DNA from: Chloroflexota bacterium | GTDB taxonomy: Bacteria; Chloroflexota; Chloroflexia; QHBQ01 | Length of the DNA: 64,000 bases | Reading direction: 5' to 3' | Assembly (NCBI GenBank): GCA_043754535.1 | Contig: JAYUUN010000093.1 | Coordinates: 19,590-83,589 of the forward strand | In this document: in pieces, positions 18,962 to 27,348 of the stretch | Numbering within the stretch: the stretch's first letter is position 1 | Layout of the letters: each line of letters opens with the position of its first letter | Made by a program: the position numbers and the translations under genes | Notes under the pieces: model-generated | What the model was told of the DNA's origin: nothing | The model's input: only the letters and a program-made list of their open reading frames with translations | Databases searched by the model: none

Positions 18962-19839
18962 TATTGGCTGATGGCGGCGGTATCGCGCCCCTCCACCTTG
19001 TTCAAGTCATCACCAGGGGGGGTGGCGGTGCCACCGGGGGTAAAGAGGCCCACACTATGATAGCGACTGACGATCTGTGAGAGCTTCTTGCTGAAGATCG
19101 GGTAGCGCATCAGGTGCAGCCGCTTGTGCAGCAGAAACTTACGCATCACGTCCAGGGTTGCCAGACCGTAAACTACGCTGCGGCGGAAGTTGACCGAGGA
19201 GGCTTCCTTGAAGTAGCGGGTCGGCACTGCGATTTCGGCGATACGGAAGTCGAAGGCGCGGGCCTGGGCGATCACCTCACTATCAAACACAAAGTCGTCG
19301 GAGTTGAGCAGGAAGGGGATCGTCTGCAACATCTGGCGAGTGTAGGCGCGGAAGCCGGTGTGCGCCTCGGAGAGACTAGTACCCATCACCAGGTTCTCGG
19401 TAGTGGTTAGGAAGCGATTGGAGATGTACTTCCAAATTGGCATTCCCCCGGCCAGAGCCTCGCCACTGAGCAGGCGCGAACCCAGCACCATGTCGGCGCG
19501 CCCCTCCAGCAGCGGCTGGATCATCTGCGGCACCAGGTCGGCGGCGTACTGGTTGTCAGGATGCAGCATCACTATGATGTCTGCCCCATCACGCAGAGCC
19601 TCGAAGTAGCAGGTCTTCTGGTTGCCGCCGTAGCCCCGATTCTGGATGTGGGTGATCACCTTGAGGCTGAGGCGGCGGGCGATTTCTACCGTCTCGTCGC
19701 TACTTACATCGTCCACCAGGATGATCTCGTCCACCACATCGGGGGGGATGTCGGCGACAGTGCGCTCCAACGTCTTCTCTGCGTTGTAAGCGGGCATCAC
19801 GACGACGACTTTGAGCTTGTTGCTGTTCATGGGCTGCAA
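18961..19839 (-). CDS. glycosyltransferase family 2, Dpm1/GtrB-like polyprenyl-phosphate sugar synthase candidate
   Basis: VVVVMPAYNAEKTLERTV...IILVDDVSSDET (DxD context) ...RGYGGNQKTCYFEA. Confidence 0.85.
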   Translation of the reverse strand: MQPMNSNKLKVVVVMPAYNAEKTLERTVADIPPDVVDEIILVDDVSSDETVEIARRLSLKVITHIQNRGYGGNQKTCYFEALRDGADIIVMLHPDNQYAADLVPQMIQPLLEGRADMVLGSRLLSGEALAGGMPIWKYISNRFLTTTENLVMGTSLSEAHTGFRAYTRQMLQTIPFLLNSDDFVFDSEVIAQARAFDFRIAEIAVPTRYFKEASSVNFRRSVVYGLATLDVMRKFLLHKRLHLMRYPIFSKKLSQIVSRYHSVGLFTPGGTATPPGDDLNKVEGRDTAAISQ

Positions 19840-19868
19840 ACTGTGTCCTTTCTGCGCAAGGCCGAAGC

Positions 19869-22679
19869 CTATTGTGGAGGGAAGACCTGGACGCGGCGGC
19901 TGTCCGACTCCAGGGTATAAACCTTGCCGCCTGGATCGGTAGCCACGTCGACCAGGCCCTGGAACTGCCCGGCCCCGCCACCAGGCAGGCCGAGGATGCG
20001 GGCGTTACCATTGTCGGTATTGATCGCTATCAGTCTGTTGCGCTCTGAACTGGTGACGTAGAGGATGTTGCCGTGGGCGGCTAGGTGTAGGCTGGTCTCC
20101 TGCTCGAAGCCGAGCAGGGGCCACTCGCGCTGAAAATTGCCCGCCCTGTCGAACTGAGCGATCCGCCGCTTGAGGTCGCTGACGTAGATTTGGCCGTTGC
20201 TACCAACCGCGCAATCTATCGGCTGGTAGAGTTGCTTTGGCACCGTGCGTTCCAGGTTATCGTTGCCGAACTGAGCGATCAACTTGCCAGTGTTGTCCAA
20301 CTTGATCACCCGATTGCCGCCGGTGTCGGCCAGGTAGATGTTACCTGTTGGGTCAGCGCAGAGGCCACGTGAGCCGTAACTCTGGGCGGCGTTGTTGAGG
20401 TTGAGGTTGCCCAGCAGCTTGCCGTCTGGGTCGTAGACAGCCATGCCACCGTTGGTGTTGAGGGCGATCAGGTGGCCCTGGGTAAAGAGCAGCGACACCA
20501 GCCGTCCGCGCTCGCTCTCACTCAACTCGGCGAACAGCCGCCAGTGGGCTGCTGGCTTGCCGTCAACGTTGATGCGCGTCACAGTGAAGTTCTCGCGGTC
20601 AGCAGTGTAGGCGTTACCCTGATCGTCGGCGGCAATCGCCAGCGGGATCGGGATCGCGTAGTCACCTTGAGGGACGGTGGTGGTCAGCGGCACAAACTGC
20701 GCGGGCGGCACCTCGCTGATCTGGGCGTAGGCATCCTTCAGGCCGAAGGTGTAGCTGTAGAACAGGTAGCTGCCGATCAGCAGCCCTAGCCCAGCCAGCA
20801 GGCTGATCAGCGAGTGGCGCAGCCCCCAGCGTGGTGGGATTGGGATGGTCGCAGGCAGCACGTAGGTCGCTGGTTCAGCCTCCACCACCGCTGCCCCCGC
20901 TGCCCCTGCTGTTTCGCCCAGGCTGGCTGCTACCCCCGGCTGAACCATCGGCACTAGCTGGGTGGCGGCTGGCACATCAGGCAGGCTCCCAGCACTAGCC
21001 ACCCTACTGGAAGCGAGTTGCGGACGGTAGCTGCGTTGCGCCCACCAGTAGAGTAGCAACCCCAGTAGCAGCACCGCCGCAATCGAGGTGAGGGCAGGAA
21101 CGCTCTCCTGCACGGCATTGCGGGCCGAGTAACCCTGACTGAGGAAACCCGCCTTGCTGCGGGCGAACACAAAATCGGGCAGCAGGCCGTTGCTGGGGAT
21201 CGTCTCGATCCACTGCTGTAGCCCTGGGTTGGGGATGCGCAGCAGTAGGCTCTTAAACAGGTCGAAGCCGTTGAGGGCGAAGCTAAACGAATCCTGGGGG
21301 TTGAAAATGAAGGCGGCGGTTTGTACCAGGCTGACTGCCAGCAAGCCAGCATAGGTCAGCTTGTAGATCAGCGAGGGGAGTAGAGTGCTAATGCGGGCGA
21401 AGCCGAGGGCGAAGGGTAGGGCGAACAGCGGCAGGATAGCAATGAAATAGCGGGCTGGTGGAGCCCAGATGCCCCACCAGTACTTGAAATTGGCGAGCAG
21501 GCCGAGGTAGGGAATGGCTACCGCCAGGATCACGATCAGGTCTAGCCGCCACCGCTTCTCCAGGCCCATGATGATTAGCCCTACCCCAGCAAGCAGGAAG
21601 ACCGGGGCGGTGGTGAGGAAGCCGAAACGCTGGTCGATGAACAGGCCGAGGCCAGAGAGGATGGTATCGGTCGCATCATTGCGTTCTAGATAGCCCGCCT
21701 TGATCGTGAACTCGTGAAAGAGAGTGTAGCTCCAACCGAAGATGCCCAGGGCAGAGACGAGCAGCACCAGCGGCAGGGTAGCATAGTGGCGCAACCAGGT
21801 AGCTAGCTTTGGCTTGCCACGCACGCTCATGTAGAAGTAGAATAGGGTGAGGATGCCAGCAAGCGGAATGTAGCGATAGTGTAGCCAGGGCAGTGAAGCA
21901 ATGCTGAGGGCGACCAGTGCAGTCTGCACCCCGGTGTTTTGCCAGAGGCGGATGCGACGAAAGGCGTAGATCACCAGCAGGGCGGCGGGCAGTTCGGTGA
22001 AGATCAGGTAGATGAAGGGGAAGATGGGCAGGGTAAGCATGAAGGTAGCAACAGTGAGGATAGCGATCCATCGCTTGTTGACCGTTTCGCGCACCAGCAG
22101 GTAGATGTTGGCGGCCAGCAGTGCGCCGAGCAGGTTGAGGAAGAAGACTACCGCCAGCCGCCCACCCAGGGCATAGGCAGGGGCGATCAGGATGCTAAGG
22201 CCAAGGCCATGCCAGGTGTAAGCCTCGTTCTGGCTACCATCGGCAGGCAGCGGCGTGGCAGGGTCGGTGCTGATGCAACGGCGACTGAGCGGCTCAATCT
22301 GCTCCCATTGCACTGGCAGTGGGTAGGTCATGTTCGGCCAGCCCTGGTAGCCCTGCGGACGGGCCACACCTTGCTGCCAGTAGGAGGGAGGATAGAAGCC
22401 TTGCTCGTCGCGCTGGCGGAAGTTATTGCACTCGTTGAAATCACCATCCTTGAGCAGGCTGATCGTAGTCATCAGGTAGGTTGGCTCGTCGCCAGAAACC
22501 GGGTCGAGGATGGTAGTGAGGCGGGGGGTGAGAGCGGCAAAGAGGGCAAGGGCGATTAGAAAGACGATAGCCATCTCCACGAAGCTGGGGCTGGCACTCG
22601 TCGCGGTGGGGTGGGAGCGCGCAGCAGGTGGGCTGGGAGCGGCCATGATGGTTATGCTGCTCTCTTGCGAAACACTCAT
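19869..22679 (-). CDS. GT-C (PMT/ArnT-like) membrane glycosyltransferase with a C-terminal NHL-repeat beta-propeller
   Basis: 936 aa. The 'DE' motif follows TM1 (DPVSGDEPTY). There are about 12 TM helices, and the C-terminal NHL repeats include GNIYLADTGGNRVIKLD, GQIYVSDLKRRIAQFD and GKVYTLESDSRRVQVF. Confidence 0.8.
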   Translation of the reverse strand: MSVSQESSITIMAAPSPPAARSHPTATSASPSFVEMAIVFLIALALFAALTPRLTTILDPVSGDEPTYLMTTISLLKDGDFNECNNFRQRDEQGFYPPSYWQQGVARPQGYQGWPNMTYPLPVQWEQIEPLSRRCISTDPATPLPADGSQNEAYTWHGLGLSILIAPAYALGGRLAVVFFLNLLGALLAANIYLLVRETVNKRWIAILTVATFMLTLPIFPFIYLIFTELPAALLVIYAFRRIRLWQNTGVQTALVALSIASLPWLHYRYIPLAGILTLFYFYMSVRGKPKLATWLRHYATLPLVLLVSALGIFGWSYTLFHEFTIKAGYLERNDATDTILSGLGLFIDQRFGFLTTAPVFLLAGVGLIIMGLEKRWRLDLIVILAVAIPYLGLLANFKYWWGIWAPPARYFIAILPLFALPFALGFARISTLLPSLIYKLTYAGLLAVSLVQTAAFIFNPQDSFSFALNGFDLFKSLLLRIPNPGLQQWIETIPSNGLLPDFVFARSKAGFLSQGYSARNAVQESVPALTSIAAVLLLGLLLYWWAQRSYRPQLASSRVASAGSLPDVPAATQLVPMVQPGVAASLGETAGAAGAAVVEAEPATYVLPATIPIPPRWGLRHSLISLLAGLGLLIGSYLFYSYTFGLKDAYAQISEVPPAQFVPLTTTVPQGDYAIPIPLAIAADDQGNAYTADRENFTVTRINVDGKPAAHWRLFAELSESERGRLVSLLFTQGHLIALNTNGGMAVYDPDGKLLGNLNLNNAAQSYGSRGLCADPTGNIYLADTGGNRVIKLDNTGKLIAQFGNDNLERTVPKQLYQPIDCAVGSNGQIYVSDLKRRIAQFDRAGNFQREWPLLGFEQETSLHLAAHGNILYVTSSERNRLIAINTDNGNARILGLPGGGAGQFQGLVDVATDPGGKVYTLESDSRRVQVFPPQ

Positions 22680-22804
22680 TCTGGCAAAATCCTCACGCTA
22701 GTCCGCGAAGCACCGATGGCATGGGGCTATGGGCTGCTGGCCGATGACCAATAACCAACAGCACAAGGCCAGAGTGAGATGAAGCCTCAAGCCCTAGCGA
22801 TAAT

Positions 22805-22815
22805 ATTATAGCACA
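22805..22815 (-). promoter_or_regulatory. extended -10 element TGTGCTATAAT on the minus strand
   Basis: It lies about 125 nt upstream of the GT-C/NHL gene start at 22679. Confidence 0.4.
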
Positions 22816-22966
22816 CTAGCCCGCTAGAAGCCGAGTCCTGTCGTACTACCGCTAATGCAGGATAAGAGGACAAATGGGGTTTGGTAAGGGGTTGGTAAGG
22901 CGATTTGGGCTGGGCCAAGCAAGCGGCAGCCTCAGCGCAACTAGTTAGTGGGTGGCTGCTTTCTGG

Positions 22967-24463
22967 CTAGCGACCTACCTTGTTGGGGCCGAGGCTGACG
23001 CGCTGGGCGCGGCTACCGTCGTGCGAGAGTAGTATGCGCTCGTCGCCAACCACAGTCTCTAGATGCACAGGCCGCCCCCACAGTTGGTGGATGTACTGCA
23101 AGACCTTCTCCGCATAGCTCGCATCCAATTCCTGGCCCTCGTAGTGGTGGCGCAGGTAGAGTTCGTGGTTGCGGTTGTAGTCGCCATCGTCAACGGTGAT
23201 GTAGGGCTGGCCGAAGTTGGTCATGCTAGCAACGATGCCATCGCGCACCTTCTCCCAGTTCTTCTCGACGATCACCCACTCGTTGCCCTGCTTGGCGTAG
23301 AGGTAGAGGTCTAGCTCGGCGATCAGTTCTTTGGTCAGGTAGTTGCGGAGGAAGGATACATCATTGTCCATCTCGCGCACCTCGAATATCTTGGCCCGAC
23401 CCTGGCCGGGAACGCGCTTGAGGCGGTCACGCTCCTCCTCGGTCGGTGCGTCCCAGCGGCGTTCGATGGACTCGTAGAGTTTGAGGCCCAGGTAGTAGGG
23501 GTTGAGTTGGAAGCGCGAGTGATGCATCACGCCCGCATTAACTTTGGCGTACTCAGTGTAGTCGTCGCTACTCATCTCAAACTCGCGCATGATGCTCTGG
23601 TGGTGGTAAGCGGCCCAGCCCTCGTTCATAATCTTGGTCTGCATCTGCGGCACAAAGTAGAGCATCTCCTGATGCACGATGCCGATCACGTCACGCTGCC
23701 AATCCTCAAGGTGGCGGGCGTGCTGCTGGAGAAAGAGGAGCAAGTCCTTCTCTGGCTGGGCCGGGAAGCGGCGACGCTCGCTCTCCTTCTTCTCCTTCTC
23801 TTTCTCCTTCTCACTCTTGAGCGGCAAAGCGGCTTGCTGGGCCGCCTCTGCCTCAGTCGGCAGCCCTGGTAGCGACCAGAGGTCGTCGTAAGCAGACTCA
23901 GCCACGTGCGGCTTCACCTGCTCGCGGCGGTTGCCCTCGCTCTCCTCACCCGCTGTGGCGAAGCTCTGGTGCGGATCGATGTGTTCGGAGATCGAGAGTA
24001 CCGCGTCCAGGAACTCCTCCACCTTCTTGCTGCCATGCTGGTACTCATATTGGCGGATACGCTCGGCATTGAGGCTGGCGGTCTCGATCATGTGGCGGTT
24101 GGTGCGCTGGAAGTAGATGTTGTTCTTAAAGAAGTCCACATGGCCGAGGACATGGGCGGCAACCAGTCGGTTGGCGGTCAGGCTGTTGTTCTCCAAGAGG
24201 AAGGCGTAGGCAGGGTTAGTGTTGATCACCATCTCGTAGATGATGCTCAGACCAAAGTCGTACTGCATCTTCATCTTGTTGTACGCCTTGCCATGCGTCC
24301 AGTGGCTGAAGCGACCGGGAATGCCATATGCACCGAACTCGTACATGATGCTGGCAGGCACCACCTCGAAGTGGACGGGGTAGAAGTCCAGCCCGTTGGC
24401 TTTCGCCATCTCGACGATCACCTCAATATCTTTGGTTAGCTGCTCGTAGTCTTGTTCGTTCAA
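22967..24463 (-). CDS. spoVR: SpoVR-family protein
   Basis: It aligns residue for residue with the B. subtilis SpoVR N-terminus (GLDFYP...FGAYGIPGRFSHWTHGKAY). It has a TTG start with AGAGGGT 6 nt upstream. Confidence 0.9.
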   Translation of the reverse strand: MNEQDYEQLTKDIEVIVEMAKANGLDFYPVHFEVVPASIMYEFGAYGIPGRFSHWTHGKAYNKMKMQYDFGLSIIYEMVINTNPAYAFLLENNSLTANRLVAAHVLGHVDFFKNNIYFQRTNRHMIETASLNAERIRQYEYQHGSKKVEEFLDAVLSISEHIDPHQSFATAGEESEGNRREQVKPHVAESAYDDLWSLPGLPTEAEAAQQAALPLKSEKEKEKEKKESERRRFPAQPEKDLLLFLQQHARHLEDWQRDVIGIVHQEMLYFVPQMQTKIMNEGWAAYHHQSIMREFEMSSDDYTEYAKVNAGVMHHSRFQLNPYYLGLKLYESIERRWDAPTEEERDRLKRVPGQGRAKIFEVREMDNDVSFLRNYLTKELIAELDLYLYAKQGNEWVIVEKNWEKVRDGIVASMTNFGQPYITVDDGDYNRNHELYLRHHYEGQELDASYAEKVLQYIHQLWGRPVHLETVVGDERILLSHDGSRAQRVSLGPNKVGR

Positions 24464-24467
24464 TGGT

Positions 24468-25080
24468 TTACCCTCTGGTTAGCCTCTGGTAGGCGGCACG
24501 AACTGCTACTTCTAGTTCGCTAGCTTGAACTTCGTAGCGAGCAAAGTTTTGTATGTTGTCTGGCTTCATGTGAATCTGGCCTTCGCCTACGTTACCTCGG
24601 TGCTGACCTTTTGAGTAGCCTCTAATCTGGGTTAGCTCATCTGCCTTGATCACCCAGAACCGGGCAACATCAAGCCAGACAGCTATAAAGACAAAAACTG
24701 AAGCCTGTGCAACCTTCAATTGCTGAAAGTTCATGTCGAAGTAATAGCCAGAAGTTGACAGGAGTGGAACACTCGCACCTTTATCCCCTTGCGGGGCTTG
24801 CCCCATGCTCTACTGGTTTTGACTTCTACTTTAATATTATCTAGAGTAGTATCGTAGCTGTTGCCCAAAGGTGGTGTCATGCCAGGAACGTTGCTCATTA
24901 CTTGCATAACCCCCACTTGCCAGTGTCGGTTGGAGCGGAGAACGCAAAAACGTGAGCGTAGGTCTGACTTTGATCAGCCATGTACTCCTGCTTCAGCCGC
25001 TCATACGCCGCTATGACCGCTGGATCAGCCAGTTGCTCAAACAGCGCATCCAGCCTTTGCCACAGTTCGTCAATCGTCAA
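24468..25080 (-). other. low-GC (~48%) 613-bp segment with three overlapping small ORFs in three different frames (60, 61 and 112 aa)
   Basis: Windows of ~60 nt here have 42-53% GC, against ~62% in the flanks. The three ORFs overlap by 19 bp and 76 bp. The first has a TTG start 9 nt after the methyltransferase stop and no Shine-Dalgarno sequence. The third ends 5 nt before spoVR, inside the spoVR Shine-Dalgarno sequence. The middle frame carries a D-x9-EVK pattern (SYDTTLDNIKVEVK). Confidence 0.3.
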
Positions 25081-25089
25081 GTGCTTGCC

Positions 25090-26064
25090 TCAATCGAACA
25101 ATGATAGCTGCCCACTATCATCCACAATGCTGTCAATGGTGCCGTCAAGTTCAGCCGCAAACGGATTACTGTTCTGCCAGCCGCGCTTGCCGCTAGCTCG
25201 CCAGCGTTCCAACCTGCGGATCGTGATCTCGCAGAAGACCGCATCGTTGTCCATCGTGAAGCAGCGGCGGCCCGATAGTTCAGCTTGCAGCAGGGTCGTG
25301 CCAGAGTGAGCGAAGAAGTCCAGCACGGTGTCGCCTGGCTGCGAACTGGCGTTGATGATCCGCTCGATAGCCTTGAGCGGCTTCTGTGCGTAGCAACCGT
25401 TGACGTTTTCTTCCAGCCGGTAGAAGACCTGCTGGACATCGAACCAGACGTTGCCTGCCCGGATGTAAGGCGACTTGCCACGCTCGGTGTTCTCGGTCAG
25501 TTCGCCTTCAACTTCCTTGTAGTAACCCTTGACTGCCTTCGGTATCTCGGTGTACTGCGGCGTGAAGAAGGGCTTGCCCAGCGTGTAGTAAAGCAACTCC
25601 TGCCGAACAGCCATCCAGTTGTGTTGCGTGCCGTAGCCACGCTGGTTACGCATGGTGATGAAGCTGCGTGAAGAAAACGGCGTGTTGCTCATCATCAGCA
25701 TAAACTGCGGCAACGGCTGATAGTGGTTGTCCTGATCCGCCCCCAGCCAAACATAGAGGCTGCTAGTAGGCAGCAGCACAGCAGCGGTGTTGTCCACCCA
25801 CTGCCGACACCATGCAGCGTACTCGTCGGCTGAACGGCTGGCGAAGGCAACGAGGTTGTAGGGTAGGTCCTGCACCGCCAGAGCCGCTTTGTCGTTGCCG
25901 CACAGCTTACTAACATCAGCGGCGGATGCGGCATCCAGGCAGCCAACGCGGTGGCCGCCAACGGCATCCACCCACACCTCGCCCGGACGCAGACGGCAGA
26001 AGTCGAGCAAGCGGATGCGTAGCTCCTGCTCCTTGTCCAAGCGTGGTAGTGGATTAGCGATCAT
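25090..26064 (-). CDS. beta-class N6-adenine/N4-cytosine DNA methyltransferase (motif IV before motif I)
   Basis: Motif IV is DLPYNL, a variant of DPPY. Motif I is QPGDTVLDFFAHSGTT, followed by ...AQKPLKAIERII.... The start overlaps the yeaH stop (ATGA at 26061..26064). No intact restriction enzyme gene lies adjacent. Confidence 0.8.
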   Translation of the reverse strand: MIANPLPRLDKEQELRIRLLDFCRLRPGEVWVDAVGGHRVGCLDAASAADVSKLCGNDKAALAVQDLPYNLVAFASRSADEYAAWCRQWVDNTAAVLLPTSSLYVWLGADQDNHYQPLPQFMLMMSNTPFSSRSFITMRNQRGYGTQHNWMAVRQELLYYTLGKPFFTPQYTEIPKAVKGYYKEVEGELTENTERGKSPYIRAGNVWFDVQQVFYRLEENVNGCYAQKPLKAIERIINASSQPGDTVLDFFAHSGTTLLQAELSGRRCFTMDNDAVFCEITIRRLERWRASGKRGWQNSNPFAAELDGTIDSIVDDSGQLSLFD

Positions 26065-27254
26065 CTTTGGGCAGCCTCCGGCATCCCCAGCGTGGGGTCG
26101 AAGAACTTCTTGAGGGCGGGGTAGACATCGCGCTTGTCGGTGATCGTCACGTTGATGAAGTGCTTGTTCTGCAACTTACTGAAGGCCGACATCAGCGTGC
26201 TGCTGCTGCCCCGGTAGCCTTCACGTATCTCGCCATAGCCGAAGATGTTGCAGATTTCGAGTAGCTTGTTGACCTGCTGCACACACAGTTCGTTGTCCCA
26301 GGGTAGGTTGTCACCGTCACTGAAGTGGAAGGGGTAGATGTTCCAGTCTTGTGGTGGATAACGGTCGGCAATCACCTTGAGGGCCAGTTCGTAGGCCGAG
26401 GAGACCTGGGTGCCGCCGCTCTCACCCTTGTGGAAGAAGTCATCCTCGCTAACTTCATGCGCTTCGGTGTGGTGGCTGATGAAGACGACACGCACGTTAT
26501 TGTACTTGGTTCGCAAGAAGCGCACCATCCAGAAGTAGAAGCTGCGGGCAATGTACTTCTCGAACTCGCCCATGCTGCCGCTCACGTCCATCATGGCGAT
26601 TACCACCGCGTTGGACTGGTAGCGCACTTGCTGCTCCCAGGTCTTGAAGCGCAGATCCTCCTTACGCACGTCATGAAAGTGGGCATCACCATGTGCGGCG
26701 TTGCGCTTGATATTCTCGCGGATCGTACGCCGCTTGTCGAGATTAGGCATCATGCCAGTGCGTCGCACGTCGGTAAACTTGATCGTCTCCGACTCCATCT
26801 CCTGCTGCTTGCGCTCCTCCAGGTAGGGGAGGCCGAGGTCGGCAAAGAGCAGGGCCGCCAGTTCATCGAGGCTAACTTCGGCCTCAAAGTAGTCGTAGCC
26901 TGGCTGGTCACCCGCTTCGCCCTGACCCTTGCCTGCGCCCTTGCCCTTCTTATCGCCCGCCTGCCCGATCACATCGCCGACGCGGGACTCGCCCTCTCCA
27001 CCACCCGCGTGCTGACCCGTGCCTGGGTCGTAGCGGAAGCGATACTCGTCGAGGCTGCGGATCGGCACCTTGACCGTCTTCTTGCCGTCGCTGAGGATGA
27101 TACTTTCGTTGGAGACAATATTGCCGAGGTTCTTCTTCAGAGCCTCCTTGATCTTCTCCTTGTGGCGTTGCTGATCAATCGGCCCCTTGCGATGCAGCGA
27201 CCAGTCGTGCTGCGAAATACTGGTGCTGCCAGGGGGGAGAAGGTTGTTGCTCAT
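26061..27254 (-). CDS. yeaH: YeaH/YhbH family protein (DUF444, vWA-like)
   Basis: Its position between prkA and spoVR, its length and its conserved C-terminal vWA-like region (MMDVSGSMGE...) all fit. The ATG at 27254 is the likely start; the track TTG at 27272 has no Shine-Dalgarno sequence. Confidence 0.85.
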   Translation of the reverse strand: MSNNLLPPGSTSISQHDWSLHRKGPIDQQRHKEKIKEALKKNLGNIVSNESIILSDGKKTVKVPIRSLDEYRFRYDPGTGQHAGGGEGESRVGDVIGQAGDKKGKGAGKGQGEAGDQPGYDYFEAEVSLDELAALLFADLGLPYLEERKQQEMESETIKFTDVRRTGMMPNLDKRRTIRENIKRNAAHGDAHFHDVRKEDLRFKTWEQQVRYQSNAVVIAMMDVSGSMGEFEKYIARSFYFWMVRFLRTKYNNVRVVFISHHTEAHEVSEDDFFHKGESGGTQVSSAYELALKVIADRYPPQDWNIYPFHFSDGDNLPWDNELCVQQVNKLLEICNIFGYGEIREGYRGSSSTLMSAFSKLQNKHFINVTITDKRDVYPALKKFFDPTLGMPEAAQR

Positions 27255-27348
27255 AACATACCTGCCTTGCAAAGGGGCGAGTAGCCACCCACCCCACGTA
27301 GAAGTTGCGTTTGACAGAGGGTACTGCCAAGCTCTGGTGGCTGCCCAG

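Noticed and set aside
24468-26064. An active Type II restriction-modification system (methyltransferase + restriction enzyme)
   Set aside because: No intact restriction-enzyme-sized ORF lies next to the methyltransferase. There are only three overlapping 60-112-aa frames in a low-GC stretch. A decayed restriction enzyme is possible but unproven, so I call the methyltransferase orphan-like.
26325-27284. 319-aa plus-strand ORF, with similar long ORFs at 797..1381, 4396..5262, 27187..27981, 46962..48338, 55355..56428 and 40534..41247
   Set aside because: Each lies antisense to a gene with clear family signatures (yeaH, corA, secreted protein, prkA, PBP, thrS, GT2). Their translations are Ala/Arg/Gly/Val-rich with no motifs. 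These are typical spurious antisense ORFs in a ~62% GC genome.
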